Shown: piece after piece, positions 48,152 through 57,740 of the stretch
How positions within the stretch are numbered: the stretch's first letter is position 1
Layout of the letters: each line of letters opens with the position of its first letter
Assembly (NCBI GenBank): GCA_021802125.1
Contig: JAKAAX010000003.1
Span: 81,788 to 145,787 of the forward strand
Source of the DNA: Thermoplasmata archaeon
GTDB lineage: Archaea > Thermoplasmatota > Thermoplasmata > Lutacidiplasmatales > UBA184
Reading direction: 5' to 3'
Length of the DNA: 64,000 bases
Position numbers and translations under genes: made by a program
Notes under the pieces: model-generated
The model's database searches: none
Told to the model about the DNA's origin: nothing
What the model saw: only the letters and a program-made list of their open reading frames with translations

Positions 48152-48553
48152 ATGAGTTCCGGTCAGTACCAGAACTGGGGCCCCCAAGGCGGGGGACCTC
48201 AGGGCGGACAGCCCGGCGCCTGGGCCGGCCCCGGGCCCGGGGGTCCTCCCCCGGCGTACTACGGACGCGCCCGACGCCGGAGAGAGAAGGTCGGCGTCCC
48301 GCTCTTCATCGTGGGCGTTGCGTTGGTCGGAGTGGGCATCCTCCTGGTGGGGCTGGGGATCGGTCTCGCGGGCAACGCGGGGTACACCCTCAGCGGCCAG
48401 GCGCTGCGTCAGGCCCAGAACTCCTACTACAACATGACCATCACCGGCATCGACGTCGCCGGAGCTGGCGTGGTGCTCCTGGGGATCGGGGCGGGGTTGA
48501 ACGTCGCGGCCCGCTTCGAACAGAACGAGGAGATCGGTCGGCGCACTCCCTAG
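48152..48553 (+). CDS. Small membrane protein, paralog B of 47588..48034
   Basis: Same architecture and collinear motifs: RRRREKVGVPLFIVGVALVGVGILLVGLG ... AARFEQNEEIG. Confidence 0.65.
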   Translation: MSSGQYQNWGPQGGGPQGGQPGAWAGPGPGGPPPAYYGRARRRREKVGVPLFIVGVALVGVGILLVGLGIGLAGNAGYTLSGQALRQAQNSYYNMTITGIDVAGAGVVLLGIGAGLNVAARFEQNEEIGRRTP

Positions 48554-48708
48554 GTCCCCCTGGACCGGTCGACCGCACCCTCCCGAGTGACCGGGCGCGG
48601 TCCCCCGTCGGGGTCCCGGACCTCGCGCGCGCCCACGCGCGCCCACGCGCGCCCGCCCGCGCGTTCAGGGCCTCGAGAGCGGGCCCGCTCACGGCGGAGG
48701 CGGGCTCC

Positions 48709-48716
48709 CTTTATTT
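48709..48716 (+). promoter_or_regulatory. TATA-like box CTTTATTT upstream of topA
   Basis: AT-rich element centred about 28 nt upstream of the GTG start at 48741. Confidence 0.4.
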
Positions 48717-48740
48717 CCCCCACGGAACCTGCTAGGGGCC

Positions 48741-51440
48741 GTGCGGACGCTCGTTACCACTGAGAAGTTCAACACCGCCCTTCGGATCGCGGTGGTGCTC
48801 TCCGACGGCAAGATGGAGAGGGAGCGACGTGGCCCGGTCGCCATCTTCCGGTTCAAGCGGGGAGAGGACCCGTGGGCCGTCGTGGGGCTCCGGGGCCACA
48901 TCGTCGAGCTCGACTACCCCAAGGAGCTCAGCGCGTGGGACTTCGCGACGCTTCCGAAGCTCCTGGAGACGACCCCCCATCGGAGCGTGACCGAGCCCGC
49001 GATCGTGGAAGCCCTGAAGCAGCTCGCCCCCAGCTACGACCGGGTCATCCTCGCCACAGACTGGGACCGGGAAGGGGAGGTCATCGCGGCCGAGTGCCTC
49101 GAGATCCTTCACGGGGTGAACCCCCAACTGTCCGTCCAGAGGGCCCACTACAGCGCCCTCACTCGCTCGGAGATCGAGGAGTCTTTCAAGAACCTGAAGG
49201 AGCTCGACCGGAACCTCGCGGACGCCGGTCTCTCCCGCCAGCATGTGGACCTGATGTGGGGGGCCCTGCTCACCCGCTACCTCACGCTCACCTCCCAGAT
49301 GGGCGGGGGCCGGACCTCCGGGTCCCAGGGCGGAGGCTTCCTGTCGGTCGGGCGCGTGCAGACCCCGACGCTGGCCCTCCTGGTCGGACGGGACCAGGAG
49401 ATCAAGAACTTCGTCCCCAAACCCTACTGGAACCTGCGCGCGGACGCGACGAAGGATGGCACGCCCTTCCGGCTGGAGCACACCCACGGCCCGTTCTTCG
49501 AGCACCCCGAGGTCGAGAAGCTGCTCCAGAAGCTGGAGCCGCACAAGCAGGCGGAGGTCACCTCCTTCAAGGAGGAGGAGCGGGGGCTGAGACCCCCGGT
49601 CCCGTTCAACACCACCCTCTTCGTCGCCGAGGCGACGAAGATCGGCTTCGGGGCCTCGCAGGCGATGAGGATCGCCGAGGACCTGTACACCTCCGGACTG
49701 ATCAGCTACCCCCGTACGGACAACACGGTGTACCCGCACTCGCTCGGGATACGCGGGTTGGTCGAGAAGCTCCAGGCGGGAGCCTTCCAGAAGGAGGCGA
49801 CCCTCGTCCTATCCCAGGAGAAGATGCGCCCGACGCGAGGTCGCACCGAGACGACCGACCATCCTCCGATCTATCCCACCGCGGCCACCGACCCGAAGAA
49901 GCTGCGCGGGGACAAGGCCCAGATCTACGAACTGGTCTGCCGTCGTTTCCTGGCCACCGTCGGGCCCGAGGCCAAGGGACGCTACCGCAACGGGGAGCTC
50001 AAGATCGCGGACGAGCCGTTCAAGACCGACGGCTTCCACATGCTGGACCCGGGCTGGTACCAGATCTACCCCTACATGCGCCAGCCCGACGAGGTCGACC
50101 TGCCCGTCCTCACCCAGGGGGAGAAGGTCGCGGTGGAGCGCATCTACACCGTGGAGGAGAAGACGCAGCCCCCGCGCCGCTTCGGACAAGGCAGCCTCGT
50201 TCAGGAGATGGAGAAGCTCGGGCTGGGGACCAAGTCCACCCGCCACGAGGTCATCCAGAAGCTCCTCGACCGCCACTACATCCAGGTCCGCGGGCTCGAG
50301 CCGACGAACAGCGGGGTCGCGGTGACCGAGGCCCTGCAGGCGCACGCCTCGTTCGTGACCAAGCCCGACATGACCGCCCAGCTCGAGAAGGACATGGACC
50401 AGATCGCGCAGGGGCAGAAGGGGCTGAACGACGTCGTGGAGGAGTCGCGGGGCATGCTCCGCGAGGTCTACGACGTCCTCCAGAAGAACTCCCGGGGGAT
50501 CCAGGCGACCCTCCAGACCGCCCTGGACGCCCAGCACTTCGTCGGTCCGTGCCCGAAGTGCGGAAGCGCGCTCAGGATGCTCCGCTCCCAGAAGGGGACG
50601 CGGTGGGTCCAGTGTGCGAACAACCCGGCCACCTGCACCGCGAGCTACGCGCTCCCGGCCGCGGGGTTCATCGAACCCTCCCCGGAGCTCTGCGCGACCT
50701 GCAAGACCCCGAAGGTCCGCATCACCTTCCGCGGCCAGCGCCCAGCCCTCTACTGCATCGAGCCGCTCTGCGAGGAGCACAAGAAGGCCTACCAGATCGG
50801 CATCTGCAGTTCCTGCGGGTCCCCGCTCCACATCCGCTACTCGTTCAAGGGGAACCGGTTCGTCGGCTGCACCGGCTGGCCCAAGTGCAAGGTGAGCTAC
50901 CCGCTCCCGCAACGCGGCCACCTCGACAAGGAGCACGCTCCCTGCGAGGTCTGCCGGGCCCCCATCGTGACGGCCATCGAGCGGGGCCGTCCTCCCTGGA
51001 CGCTCTGCATCAACCCCGAGTGCCCGACGCGGAAGGGGGCCTCCCCCTACGCGCCGCACCCGGCGGCGAAGCCGACCCCGGGATCGGCCCAGCCCGAGGT
51101 CCCCGGAGCGACGCCGACGACCGCCACGGCCGCCGTCGCGCTCGCGGCCCCTGCGGGTGGCGTGGGTGGGGCTTCTGCTTCCCCATCCCCCTCCTCCTCG
51201 ACCCGACCCGCCGGGACGGCGCCCAGAAGGGGGCGGACCACGAAGCCGTCGGCGGCCTCAGCCGAGCCTCGGGCACCCGCGACCGCCCGGACGAAGACGC
51301 CCCGCAGCCGCAGCGCCCCGCGCAGCCGCACTCCCGCGGGCGCGGAGGTCGCGACAGGCGAAGAGGCGGGACCTGCGATCGTCCGCGGGAAGGGCCGGCC
51401 GAAGCGGACGCCCGAAGAGGCCCCCGCTTCGGGCGCCTGA
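48741..51440 (+). CDS. topA: DNA topoisomerase I (type IA) with four C-terminal Zn ribbons and a basic low-complexity tail
   Basis: Toprim LVTTEK...ATDWDREGE and active-site region ISYPRTDN. Four CxxC...C..C modules, then a tail with a KGRPKR AT-hook-like motif. Confidence 0.9.
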   Translation: MRTLVTTEKFNTALRIAVVLSDGKMERERRGPVAIFRFKRGEDPWAVVGLRGHIVELDYPKELSAWDFATLPKLLETTPHRSVTEPAIVEALKQLAPSYDRVILATDWDREGEVIAAECLEILHGVNPQLSVQRAHYSALTRSEIEESFKNLKELDRNLADAGLSRQHVDLMWGALLTRYLTLTSQMGGGRTSGSQGGGFLSVGRVQTPTLALLVGRDQEIKNFVPKPYWNLRADATKDGTPFRLEHTHGPFFEHPEVEKLLQKLEPHKQAEVTSFKEEERGLRPPVPFNTTLFVAEATKIGFGASQAMRIAEDLYTSGLISYPRTDNTVYPHSLGIRGLVEKLQAGAFQKEATLVLSQEKMRPTRGRTETTDHPPIYPTAATDPKKLRGDKAQIYELVCRRFLATVGPEAKGRYRNGELKIADEPFKTDGFHMLDPGWYQIYPYMRQPDEVDLPVLTQGEKVAVERIYTVEEKTQPPRRFGQGSLVQEMEKLGLGTKSTRHEVIQKLLDRHYIQVRGLEPTNSGVAVTEALQAHASFVTKPDMTAQLEKDMDQIAQGQKGLNDVVEESRGMLREVYDVLQKNSRGIQATLQTALDAQHFVGPCPKCGSALRMLRSQKGTRWVQCANNPATCTASYALPAAGFIEPSPELCATCKTPKVRITFRGQRPALYCIEPLCEEHKKAYQIGICSSCGSPLHIRYSFKGNRFVGCTGWPKCKVSYPLPQRGHLDKEHAPCEVCRAPIVTAIERGRPPWTLCINPECPTRKGASPYAPHPAAKPTPGSAQPEVPGATPTTATAAVALAAPAGGVGGASASPSPSSSTRPAGTAPRRGRTTKPSAASAEPRAPATARTKTPRSRSAPRSRTPAGAEVATGEEAGPAIVRGKGRPKRTPEEAPASGA

Positions 51441-51462
51441 CCGTTTCAGGCCCCCCGACTGC

Positions 51463-51470
51463 GTAAATAC
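51463..51470 (+). promoter_or_regulatory. TATA-like box GTAAATAC upstream of 51491
   Basis: Same TAAATAC core as at 43151 and 5561. Centred about 24 nt before the GTG at 51491. Confidence 0.4.
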
Positions 51471-51490
51471 CGCCCCTCCCTCGATAGCCC

Positions 51491-52219
51491 GTGTCTCAGA
51501 GGCGGCGTCGCATCGACGAGATGGACTCCCGGACCCTGGAGAAGGAGGCCCGGAAGGGCCACATCCTGATCCTGCCGGTGGGCGCGCTGGAGGCGCACGG
51601 CCCGCACCTCCCCCTCGCCTCCGACGTGATCCAGGCCGAGCAGACGGCCCTCGCTCTCGCGGACCGACTGGACGCCCTGGTCGCACCCGCCCTTCCCTAC
51701 GGGGTCTGCCCGGGCACCCACCGGTTCCCCGGGACGGTCTCTCACTCCGTCGAGACCCTCACCCAGACCGTCCACGAGCTCCTCGAGGACTTCTACGGGT
51801 TCGGGTTCCGCCGGGTGCTGATCCTCTCCGGCCACGGGGCCGGCAGCCACATGACCGCGCTTCGGGAGGGGGCCGCCCGGACCCTGAAGGCGCACCCCAA
51901 GGACCTGAAGGTCGCCGCGCTCTGCGACTACGAGTTCGTCTACGAGCTTCGCGGGAAGGAGTCCCCGCCCGACGACGGGCACGGGGGGCTTCTCGAGACC
52001 TCCCGGGTGATGGCCCTTGCACCGGATCTGGTCGGAACCGTGCGCCCGACGGCGCGCTACGATGTTCCGCCCTCTCTCGTGGGCCCCATCACGGACGAGC
52101 ACTGGGGAGAGAGCGTGATCGGGGACACCACGAGGGCCTCCGCCGAGCTTGGGAAGCGCATCCAGGTCCACGTCCTCGACCGCCTGGTCGAGACGGTAGA
52201 GCGCGCCCTCCCGCCGTGA
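51491..52219 (+). CDS. Creatininase-family amidohydrolase (ArfB-like possible)
   Basis: Motifs ILILPVGALEAHGPHLPLASD and LSGHGAG. An alternative ATG start lies at 51521. Confidence 0.75.
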   Translation: MSQRRRRIDEMDSRTLEKEARKGHILILPVGALEAHGPHLPLASDVIQAEQTALALADRLDALVAPALPYGVCPGTHRFPGTVSHSVETLTQTVHELLEDFYGFGFRRVLILSGHGAGSHMTALREGAARTLKAHPKDLKVAALCDYEFVYELRGKESPPDDGHGGLLETSRVMALAPDLVGTVRPTARYDVPPSLVGPITDEHWGESVIGDTTRASAELGKRIQVHVLDRLVETVERALPP

Positions 52220-52238
52220 CCCCGTGGAAGTGACGAAC

Positions 52239-55094
52239 ATGAGCGAGGGGAACATCATCGTACGCGGCGCGCGTCAGCACAACCTGAAGAACGTCTCGCT
52301 CGAGATCCCGCGCAACAAGTTCGTCGTGATCACCGGCGTGAGCGGCTCCGGGAAGAGCTCGCTCGCCTTCGACACGCTCTACGCCGAGGGTCAGCGGAGG
52401 TACATCGAGAGCCTGTCGGCCTACGCCCGGCAGTTCCTGGGCCAGATGGACAAGCCCGACGTCGACTCGATCGACGGGCTCTCCCCTGCCATCGCGATCC
52501 AGCAGCGCGCGGGGAGCCGGAACCCCCGGTCCACCGTCGGGACGGTCACCGAGGTGCACGACTACCTGAGGCTCCTCTACGCCCGGGTCGGCGTTCCGCA
52601 CTGCCCGAAGCACGGGGTCGAGATCACCCCGCAGAGCGTCGACCGCATCGTCTCCGCGGTCCAGACCACGCTCCAGGGGATGCGCATCCAGATCATCGCC
52701 CCCGTGCTTCGAGGGAAGAAGGGGGAGCATCGCGACCTGCTCGAGGACCTCCGTCACCAGGGCTTCCGGCGGGTGCTGGTGGACGGGGTCGAGGTCCGGC
52801 TGGGCACGAGCGCCGTCCGGCTGGAGAAGAACAAGAAGCACACGATCGAGGCCGTCGTGGATGCCTTCGTCGTCTCCGAGGAGGCGCCCAGCCGTCTCGC
52901 CGAGGCCATCGAGCTCGGCCAGAAGCTCGGAGGCGGAGTGATCTACATTGCCCGCCCGGACGGGAGCCGTCTGACCTACTCCCTCGCGCGGGCGTGCCCC
53001 ACCTGCGGGTTCTCCCTGGAGGAGCTCGAACCCCGCCTCTTCTCCTTCAACGCCCCCTTCGGAGCCTGCCCCTCATGCTCCGGGATCGGGGCCACGCTCC
53101 ACGCGGACCCCGGGCTCATCCTCCGGCACCCGGACCGTCCCCTGACGGGCGGCGCCTTCTCCGTCGCGGGGATCCCGATCTGCGAGGAGTGCCTGCGACG
53201 GCTCGGCAAGCACTTCCACTTCGACGCGGGCAAGCCGGTCGCCGACATGCCCGAGCGGGCGAAGGAGGCCCTCCTTTGGGGGGCGCCGGACGGCATCGCT
53301 CTTCACTGGCACTGCCGCCACCTCCTGCGGCAAGGGATCGCGAACGTGATCGAGCGGCGCTTCAAGGAGACGAAGAGCGCCGGGATGCGCGATTACTACA
53401 TGGAATTCATGACCTTCACCCCCTGCCGCGTCTGCGAGGGGAAGCGCCTCAAGCCGGAGGTCCTCGCGGTCACCGTCCGGGACCGCTCGATCGCCGAGAT
53501 CTCGGCGATGAGCGTCGAGGAGTCGCTGCGCTTCTTCCGCTCGATGCAGCTCTCCGAACGCGAGGGGAGCATCGTCGGACAGGTGGTCAAGGAGATCCTC
53601 TCCCGCCTGGGGTTCCTGGAGAACGTCGGTCTCACCTACCTCACGCTCGACCGGGCCGCGGGGACCCTCTCCGGGGGCGAGGCCGAGCGGATCTCGCTCG
53701 CGACCCAGATCGGCAGCGGGCTCGTGGGGGTGCTCTACATCCTGGACGAGCCCTCCATCGGTCTCCACCCGCGGGACCACGACCGGCTCCTCCACACCCT
53801 GGAGTCCCTCCGGGACCTCGGGAACACCGTCGTCGTCGTCGAGCACGACGAGGCCACGATGCGGCACTCCGACTGGCTCGTCGACCTCGGACCTGGCGCG
53901 GGGATCCACGGAGGCGAGGTCCTCTTCTCCGGCCCCCCCGCCGAGGTGGGGACGGCGAGCCGGTCGCTCACGGCGGACTACCTGCTCGGGCGGAGGTCCA
54001 TCCCGCTCCCCCCGAGGCGGGTGGGAGGTCGCTCGGCCTACCTGGAGATCCACGGCGCCCGCGAGAACAATCTGAAGGCGATCGACGTCAAGATCCCGCT
54101 GGGCACGTTCTGCGGCGTGAGCGGCGTTTCCGGCAGCGGGAAGAGCACGCTCATCCAGGAGATCCTCTACAAGGCCCTACGGCGGACGCTCGGCCAGGGG
54201 GGGCCGCCTCCGGGCAAGCACGACTATCTCAAGGGCGTCGAACAGCTCGACCGGGTCCTGCTCATCGACCAGTCCCCGATCGGCCGCACGCCGAGGAGCA
54301 ACCCCGCCACCTACTCGGGGCTCTTCACGCCCATCCGTGAGCTCTTCTCCGAGCTTCCCGAGGCCAAGTCGAGAGGGTTCGCTCCCGGACGGTTCTCCTT
54401 CAACGTCGCCGGTGGCCGCTGCGAGGCCTGCGAGGGGGACGGCATCATCCGTCACGAGATGCACTTCCTCCCCGACGTCTACGTCGTCTGCGAGGTCTGC
54501 CACGGGAAGCGCTTCAACCAGGAGACGCTCGCCGTCACGTACAAGGGCAAGAACATCGCCGAGGTCCTCAAGATGACCGTGGACGAGGCCCTGGCGTTCT
54601 TCTCCGCCCACCCCCGGATCCATACGCGCCTCCAGCTCCTCTCCGACGTCGGGCTCGGCTACGTCGAGCTCGGGCAGAGCGCGACGACCCTCTCCGGCGG
54701 CGAGGCCCAGAGGATCAAGATCGCCTTCGAGCTCTCGAAGGTCCCGACCGGTCGGACGCTCTACCTCCTCGACGAACCCACCACGGGGCTGCACTTCGAC
54801 GACGTCCGCCGGCTCCTGGACGTGCTCTTCCGCCTCCGCGAGGGCGGGAACACCGTCGTCGTCATCGAGCACAACCTCGACGTGCTGAAGTCCGCCGACT
54901 GGCTCATCGACCTGGGGCCCGAGGGCGGGGACAAAGGGGGCGAGATCACCGCCGAGGGGACTCCGGAGCAGGTGGCCAGGGTGGCCGCCTCGCACACCGG
55001 GCGGTTCCTCCGTCCCCTCCTCGCGGAGAAGGGGAGAGGGGCCTCCGCCTCCGGCGGAACGCGCCCCTCCGGCGTGGCCGCCCTTCCGCGCTGA
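52239..55094 (+). CDS. uvrA: Excinuclease ABC subunit A
   Basis: Two ABC modules ([23 protein letters not shown] and [10 protein letters not shown]) and Zn modules CPTCG...CPSC and CEACEGDG...CEVCHG. Confidence 0.95.
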   Translation: MSEGNIIVRGARQHNLKNVSLEIPRNKFVVITGVSGSGKSSLAFDTLYAEGQRRYIESLSAYARQFLGQMDKPDVDSIDGLSPAIAIQQRAGSRNPRSTVGTVTEVHDYLRLLYARVGVPHCPKHGVEITPQSVDRIVSAVQTTLQGMRIQIIAPVLRGKKGEHRDLLEDLRHQGFRRVLVDGVEVRLGTSAVRLEKNKKHTIEAVVDAFVVSEEAPSRLAEAIELGQKLGGGVIYIARPDGSRLTYSLARACPTCGFSLEELEPRLFSFNAPFGACPSCSGIGATLHADPGLILRHPDRPLTGGAFSVAGIPICEECLRRLGKHFHFDAGKPVADMPERAKEALLWGAPDGIALHWHCRHLLRQGIANVIERRFKETKSAGMRDYYMEFMTFTPCRVCEGKRLKPEVLAVTVRDRSIAEISAMSVEESLRFFRSMQLSEREGSIVGQVVKEILSRLGFLENVGLTYLTLDRAAGTLSGGEAERISLATQIGSGLVGVLYILDEPSIGLHPRDHDRLLHTLESLRDLGNTVVVVEHDEATMRHSDWLVDLGPGAGIHGGEVLFSGPPAEVGTASRSLTADYLLGRRSIPLPPRRVGGRSAYLEIHGARENNLKAIDVKIPLGTFCGVSGVSGSGKSTLIQEILYKALRRTLGQGGPPPGKHDYLKGVEQLDRVLLIDQSPIGRTPRSNPATYSGLFTPIRELFSELPEAKSRGFAPGRFSFNVAGGRCEACEGDGIIRHEMHFLPDVYVVCEVCHGKRFNQETLAVTYKGKNIAEVLKMTVDEALAFFSAHPRIHTRLQLLSDVGLGYVELGQSATTLSGGEAQRIKIAFELSKVPTGRTLYLLDEPTTGLHFDDVRRLLDVLFRLREGGNTVVVIEHNLDVLKSADWLIDLGPEGGDKGGEITAEGTPEQVARVAASHTGRFLRPLLAEKGRGASASGGTRPSGVAALPR

Positions 55095-55126
55095 GGTCGA
55101 GCCGGGACACGGCGCCGGAGCGGAGG

Positions 55127-56812
55127 ATGCCCTCGATCCAACCGGGTGCCGACGGGGTCGAGCTCCCCCGCGGCCCGTCGCATCCCGGGGTCTACCTCTT
55201 CAAGGCGAAGGACGGCTCGGTCCTCTACATCGGGAAGGCCAGGAACCTCCGCAAGCGGGTGACCGACCACCTTCGGCTGCAGACGGAAAAGGACGGCCAC
55301 ATCACCTCGCACTCGACGGACGTCGAGTTCCTTCCCACGCGGAACGAGCGGGAGGCGCTCCTCCTGGAGGCCCACCTCATCCGGCAGTACCACCCGAGGT
55401 ACAACGTCATCTTCCGCGACGACAAGAGCTACCCCTACCTCGCTCTCACGGAAGGGGAGGAGGTCCCCCGGGTCTTCTTCGTCCGTCGCCCGAAGCGCGA
55501 GGAGGGGATGACCCTCTTCGGGCCCTACCTGTCGGCGCGGGAGGCGCGCAGCCTCGTCCGTCTCATCGCCGAGAGCTTCCAGGTCCGAAGGTGCCGGACC
55601 CTGCCGAAGCGCGCCTGCCTCTACTACCACCTGAAGACCTGCTCCGCTCCCTGCATCGGGGCCATCTCCCCGGAGGAGTACCGGCGCCAGGTCGACCGGG
55701 CGCGCCTCCTCCTCAAGGGGAAGGTCAAGGAGGTCCTCCCGGGGCTCGAGCAGGAGATGCTCGCGGCCTCCAAAGAGGAGGAGTTCGAGCGGGCGGCCGT
55801 GCTCCGCGACGCGATACGCGGGATCGGCGACCTGGAGGCTCGCCAGCACGTGGTCGACCTGGGACGCGAGCGGACCGACGCGGTGGACATCGCGCTGCCC
55901 ACCGACGCCACTTCGCTGAGCGCCGCGGTCGGGGTCCTTCGCGTTCGGGAAGGGAGCATCTCGGGAGGAGACCCGCACCTGCTGGAGGTCCCCGCGGACC
56001 TCGGGTCCCCCACCACCGAGCTCCTCGCGACGTTCCTCCTGCAGTACTACGGGGACGTGCCCGACCCGCCGAAGCAGGTCCTCCTGCCCGACCGCATCGA
56101 GGGTCTGGAGGAGGCGCTCGAGGCTCTGGGAGAGGAACGGGGGATCGGGTTCGTGCGGGCGAAGGCGGGACGACCCAAGGAGCTGGTCACGATGGCCGGC
56201 CGCATGGCGAGGGCGCACCTCGACGCCCACGCCCGGCCGGCGGCCCCCGATCCGGTGCTCCGTTCGCTGATGGGGCTCTTGGAGCTCCCGCGAGTCCCAC
56301 GGCACATCGAGGGCGTGGACATCTCGCTCATCCAGGGGACGAACGCGGTGGGTTCCCTCGTGGTCTTCCGCAACGGGGCCCCGTCCAAGGACGACTACCG
56401 CCGCTTCCGCATCCGGACCGTGGAGGGGACCGACGACTTCGCCATGGTCCACGAGGTGGTGCTCCGGCGGTTCCGCCGCCTCCTGGCCGAGGAGGAGAAG
56501 CTGCCGGACCTGCTCTTGATCGACGGGGGGAAGGGTCAGCTGGACGCCGCGCTGTCGGCCCTGAAGGAGCTGGGGATCGAGGTGGAGGTCCCGCTCGCCT
56601 CGCTCGCCAAGCAGCGGGAGGAGGTCTTCCTGCCGGGCCGTTCCAGGCCCGTGGCTGCGGACCCGAACTCGCCCCCGCTCCTGCTCCTCCGTCACGTGCG
56701 CGACGAGTCCCACCGCTTCGCGATCACCTACCACCGACGTCGCAGGAAGATCGCGCTGCGCGAGGAGGTCGCCCGGGCCGAGGCCGCGACCTCCCCGGGC
56801 GGCGACCGCTGA
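55127..56812 (+). CDS. uvrC: Excinuclease ABC subunit C (apparently lacking the C-terminal (HhH)2 domain)
   Basis: GIY-YIG region GVYLFK...VLYIGKARNLRKRV, a UVR domain, and RDESHRFAITYHRRRRK. Only about 20 residues follow. Confidence 0.85.
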   Translation: MPSIQPGADGVELPRGPSHPGVYLFKAKDGSVLYIGKARNLRKRVTDHLRLQTEKDGHITSHSTDVEFLPTRNEREALLLEAHLIRQYHPRYNVIFRDDKSYPYLALTEGEEVPRVFFVRRPKREEGMTLFGPYLSAREARSLVRLIAESFQVRRCRTLPKRACLYYHLKTCSAPCIGAISPEEYRRQVDRARLLLKGKVKEVLPGLEQEMLAASKEEEFERAAVLRDAIRGIGDLEARQHVVDLGRERTDAVDIALPTDATSLSAAVGVLRVREGSISGGDPHLLEVPADLGSPTTELLATFLLQYYGDVPDPPKQVLLPDRIEGLEEALEALGEERGIGFVRAKAGRPKELVTMAGRMARAHLDAHARPAAPDPVLRSLMGLLELPRVPRHIEGVDISLIQGTNAVGSLVVFRNGAPSKDDYRRFRIRTVEGTDDFAMVHEVVLRRFRRLLAEEEKLPDLLLIDGGKGQLDAALSALKELGIEVEVPLASLAKQREEVFLPGRSRPVAADPNSPPLLLLRHVRDESHRFAITYHRRRRKIALREEVARAEAATSPGGDR

Positions 56813-56884
56813 ACGGGGCCGCGCCCGGGCCGGGAGCGACGGGGTCCCGCGCAGTCGAGATATGCGCGGGGCCCTCGGGGGCCC

Positions 56885-57322
56885 ATGGAGACCCTAGCGA
56901 CCTCGGGCGGAGGACGACTGTGCGCGGTCCGGCTGGACCCCGGCGAGGACGTCCTTGGACGTCTCGCCGAGGTCGTGGAGCAGCAGGATATTCGCGGGGG
57001 TTTCGTGACCGTGGGAATCGGGTCCCTTCGGGACACGACGCTCGGGTTCTTCGACGGAGAGCGCTACGTCCAGCGGACGTTCCGGGAACCTCACGAGCTC
57101 CTCTCGATGACCGGGAGCATCGCGTGGTACGAAGGCCAACCCCACATCCACCTGCATGCCCTCCTGGGGGACCCCGAGTACCGCGTCGTCGGAGGACACT
57201 TTCACGGCGGGACCGTGGAGATCCTCGTCGAGCTCATGGTGCAGGCCTTCCCGGAAGGTTTCGCACGGGTCCCGAGCGGCAAGGTGCTGAAGGTCCTCTC
57301 GCTTCACCCGGGGAAAAGCTGA
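56885..57322 (+). CDS. PPC (DUF296) domain DNA-binding-like protein
   Basis: 145 aa with a pattern typical of the family: GGFVTVGIGSL...PHIHLHALLGD...GGHFHGGTV. Confidence 0.7.
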   Translation: METLATSGGGRLCAVRLDPGEDVLGRLAEVVEQQDIRGGFVTVGIGSLRDTTLGFFDGERYVQRTFREPHELLSMTGSIAWYEGQPHIHLHALLGDPEYRVVGGHFHGGTVEILVELMVQAFPEGFARVPSGKVLKVLSLHPGKS

Positions 57323-57486
57323 GCCGGCCCCGCGCCGACAAGTGTCGCCTCGGGGCGGGGTCGGTCGTTCGTGGCCGCTCGGAAGCAGGTGGACGTGCAC
57401 CTCAGGGCGCTGAGGACCCCTCTGCTCCTACGTCTAGCGGATAGGGTTATTTGCCGGTCCCCTCCCCGAATCCGGGGAGAGGTAAC

Positions 57487-57668
57487 GGGGACATAGGCTA
57501 ACTTGGCAGACCAGCGGGCTCCAGTCAGGGGCGTACTCTTCACCGGGTCCCCCTGAGCAGCACCAACCCTAACGGGTCAGCGGAGACCTTCCACGAAGGT
57601 CTATGACGAGTGACTGGAGCGCGCCAAGGAGAGACCCGCATATCGGGGTTCAAATCCCCGTGTCCCCA
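57487..57668 (+). tRNA. tRNA-Trp (anticodon CCA) with a 109-nt intron at the canonical 37/38 site
   Basis: Acceptor GGGGACA/TGTCCCC, anticodon stem GCGGG/CCCGC with loop CTCCAG|...|A, and T arm CGGGG-TTCAAAT-CCCCG. The D stem has one C.A mismatch. Confidence 0.82.
57525..57633 (+). ncRNA. tRNA-Trp intron with BHB core, K-turn (D'/C'-like) and antisense element to the anticodon loop
   Basis: Central helix CTCC/GGAG (57519-22/57628-31) flanked by bulges AG|T and AG|A. A hairpin at 57585-57601 is flanked by CGGA and ATGACGA, which allows tandem sheared G.A pairs. TGACTGGAGC (57611-20) is the perfect complement of 57518-27. Confidence 0.6.
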
Positions 57669-57740
57669 TCCCCTCCCCCACCCTCTGCCTCATTGTTACC
57701 CGGGAAAGGCGTTCCAGATCCTGGTAAGAGGAGAATCGCA

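Noticed and set aside
48621-48660. Tandem decamer GCGCGCCCAC x2-3 (alternating CG, Z-DNA-prone) between the paralog B gene and topA
   Set aside because: It is very short and is consistent with chance low complexity in GC-rich intergenic DNA. No further copies were noticed.
57553-57556. CTGA in the tRNA-Trp intron as a D/D' box guiding methylation of the anticodon-stem 3' strand
   Set aside because: The upstream guide pairs with only 6 nt of exon 2, and the fifth-nucleotide rule would target position 38 rather than 39. No partner C box is present. It is therefore not claimed as a functional guide.
57603-57740. Upstream part of the 200-aa ORF 57603..58205
   Set aside because: It overlaps the tRNA-Trp intron and 3' exon. 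An in-frame TTG with a GGAG SD at 57741 is a more plausible start downstream of the tRNA.
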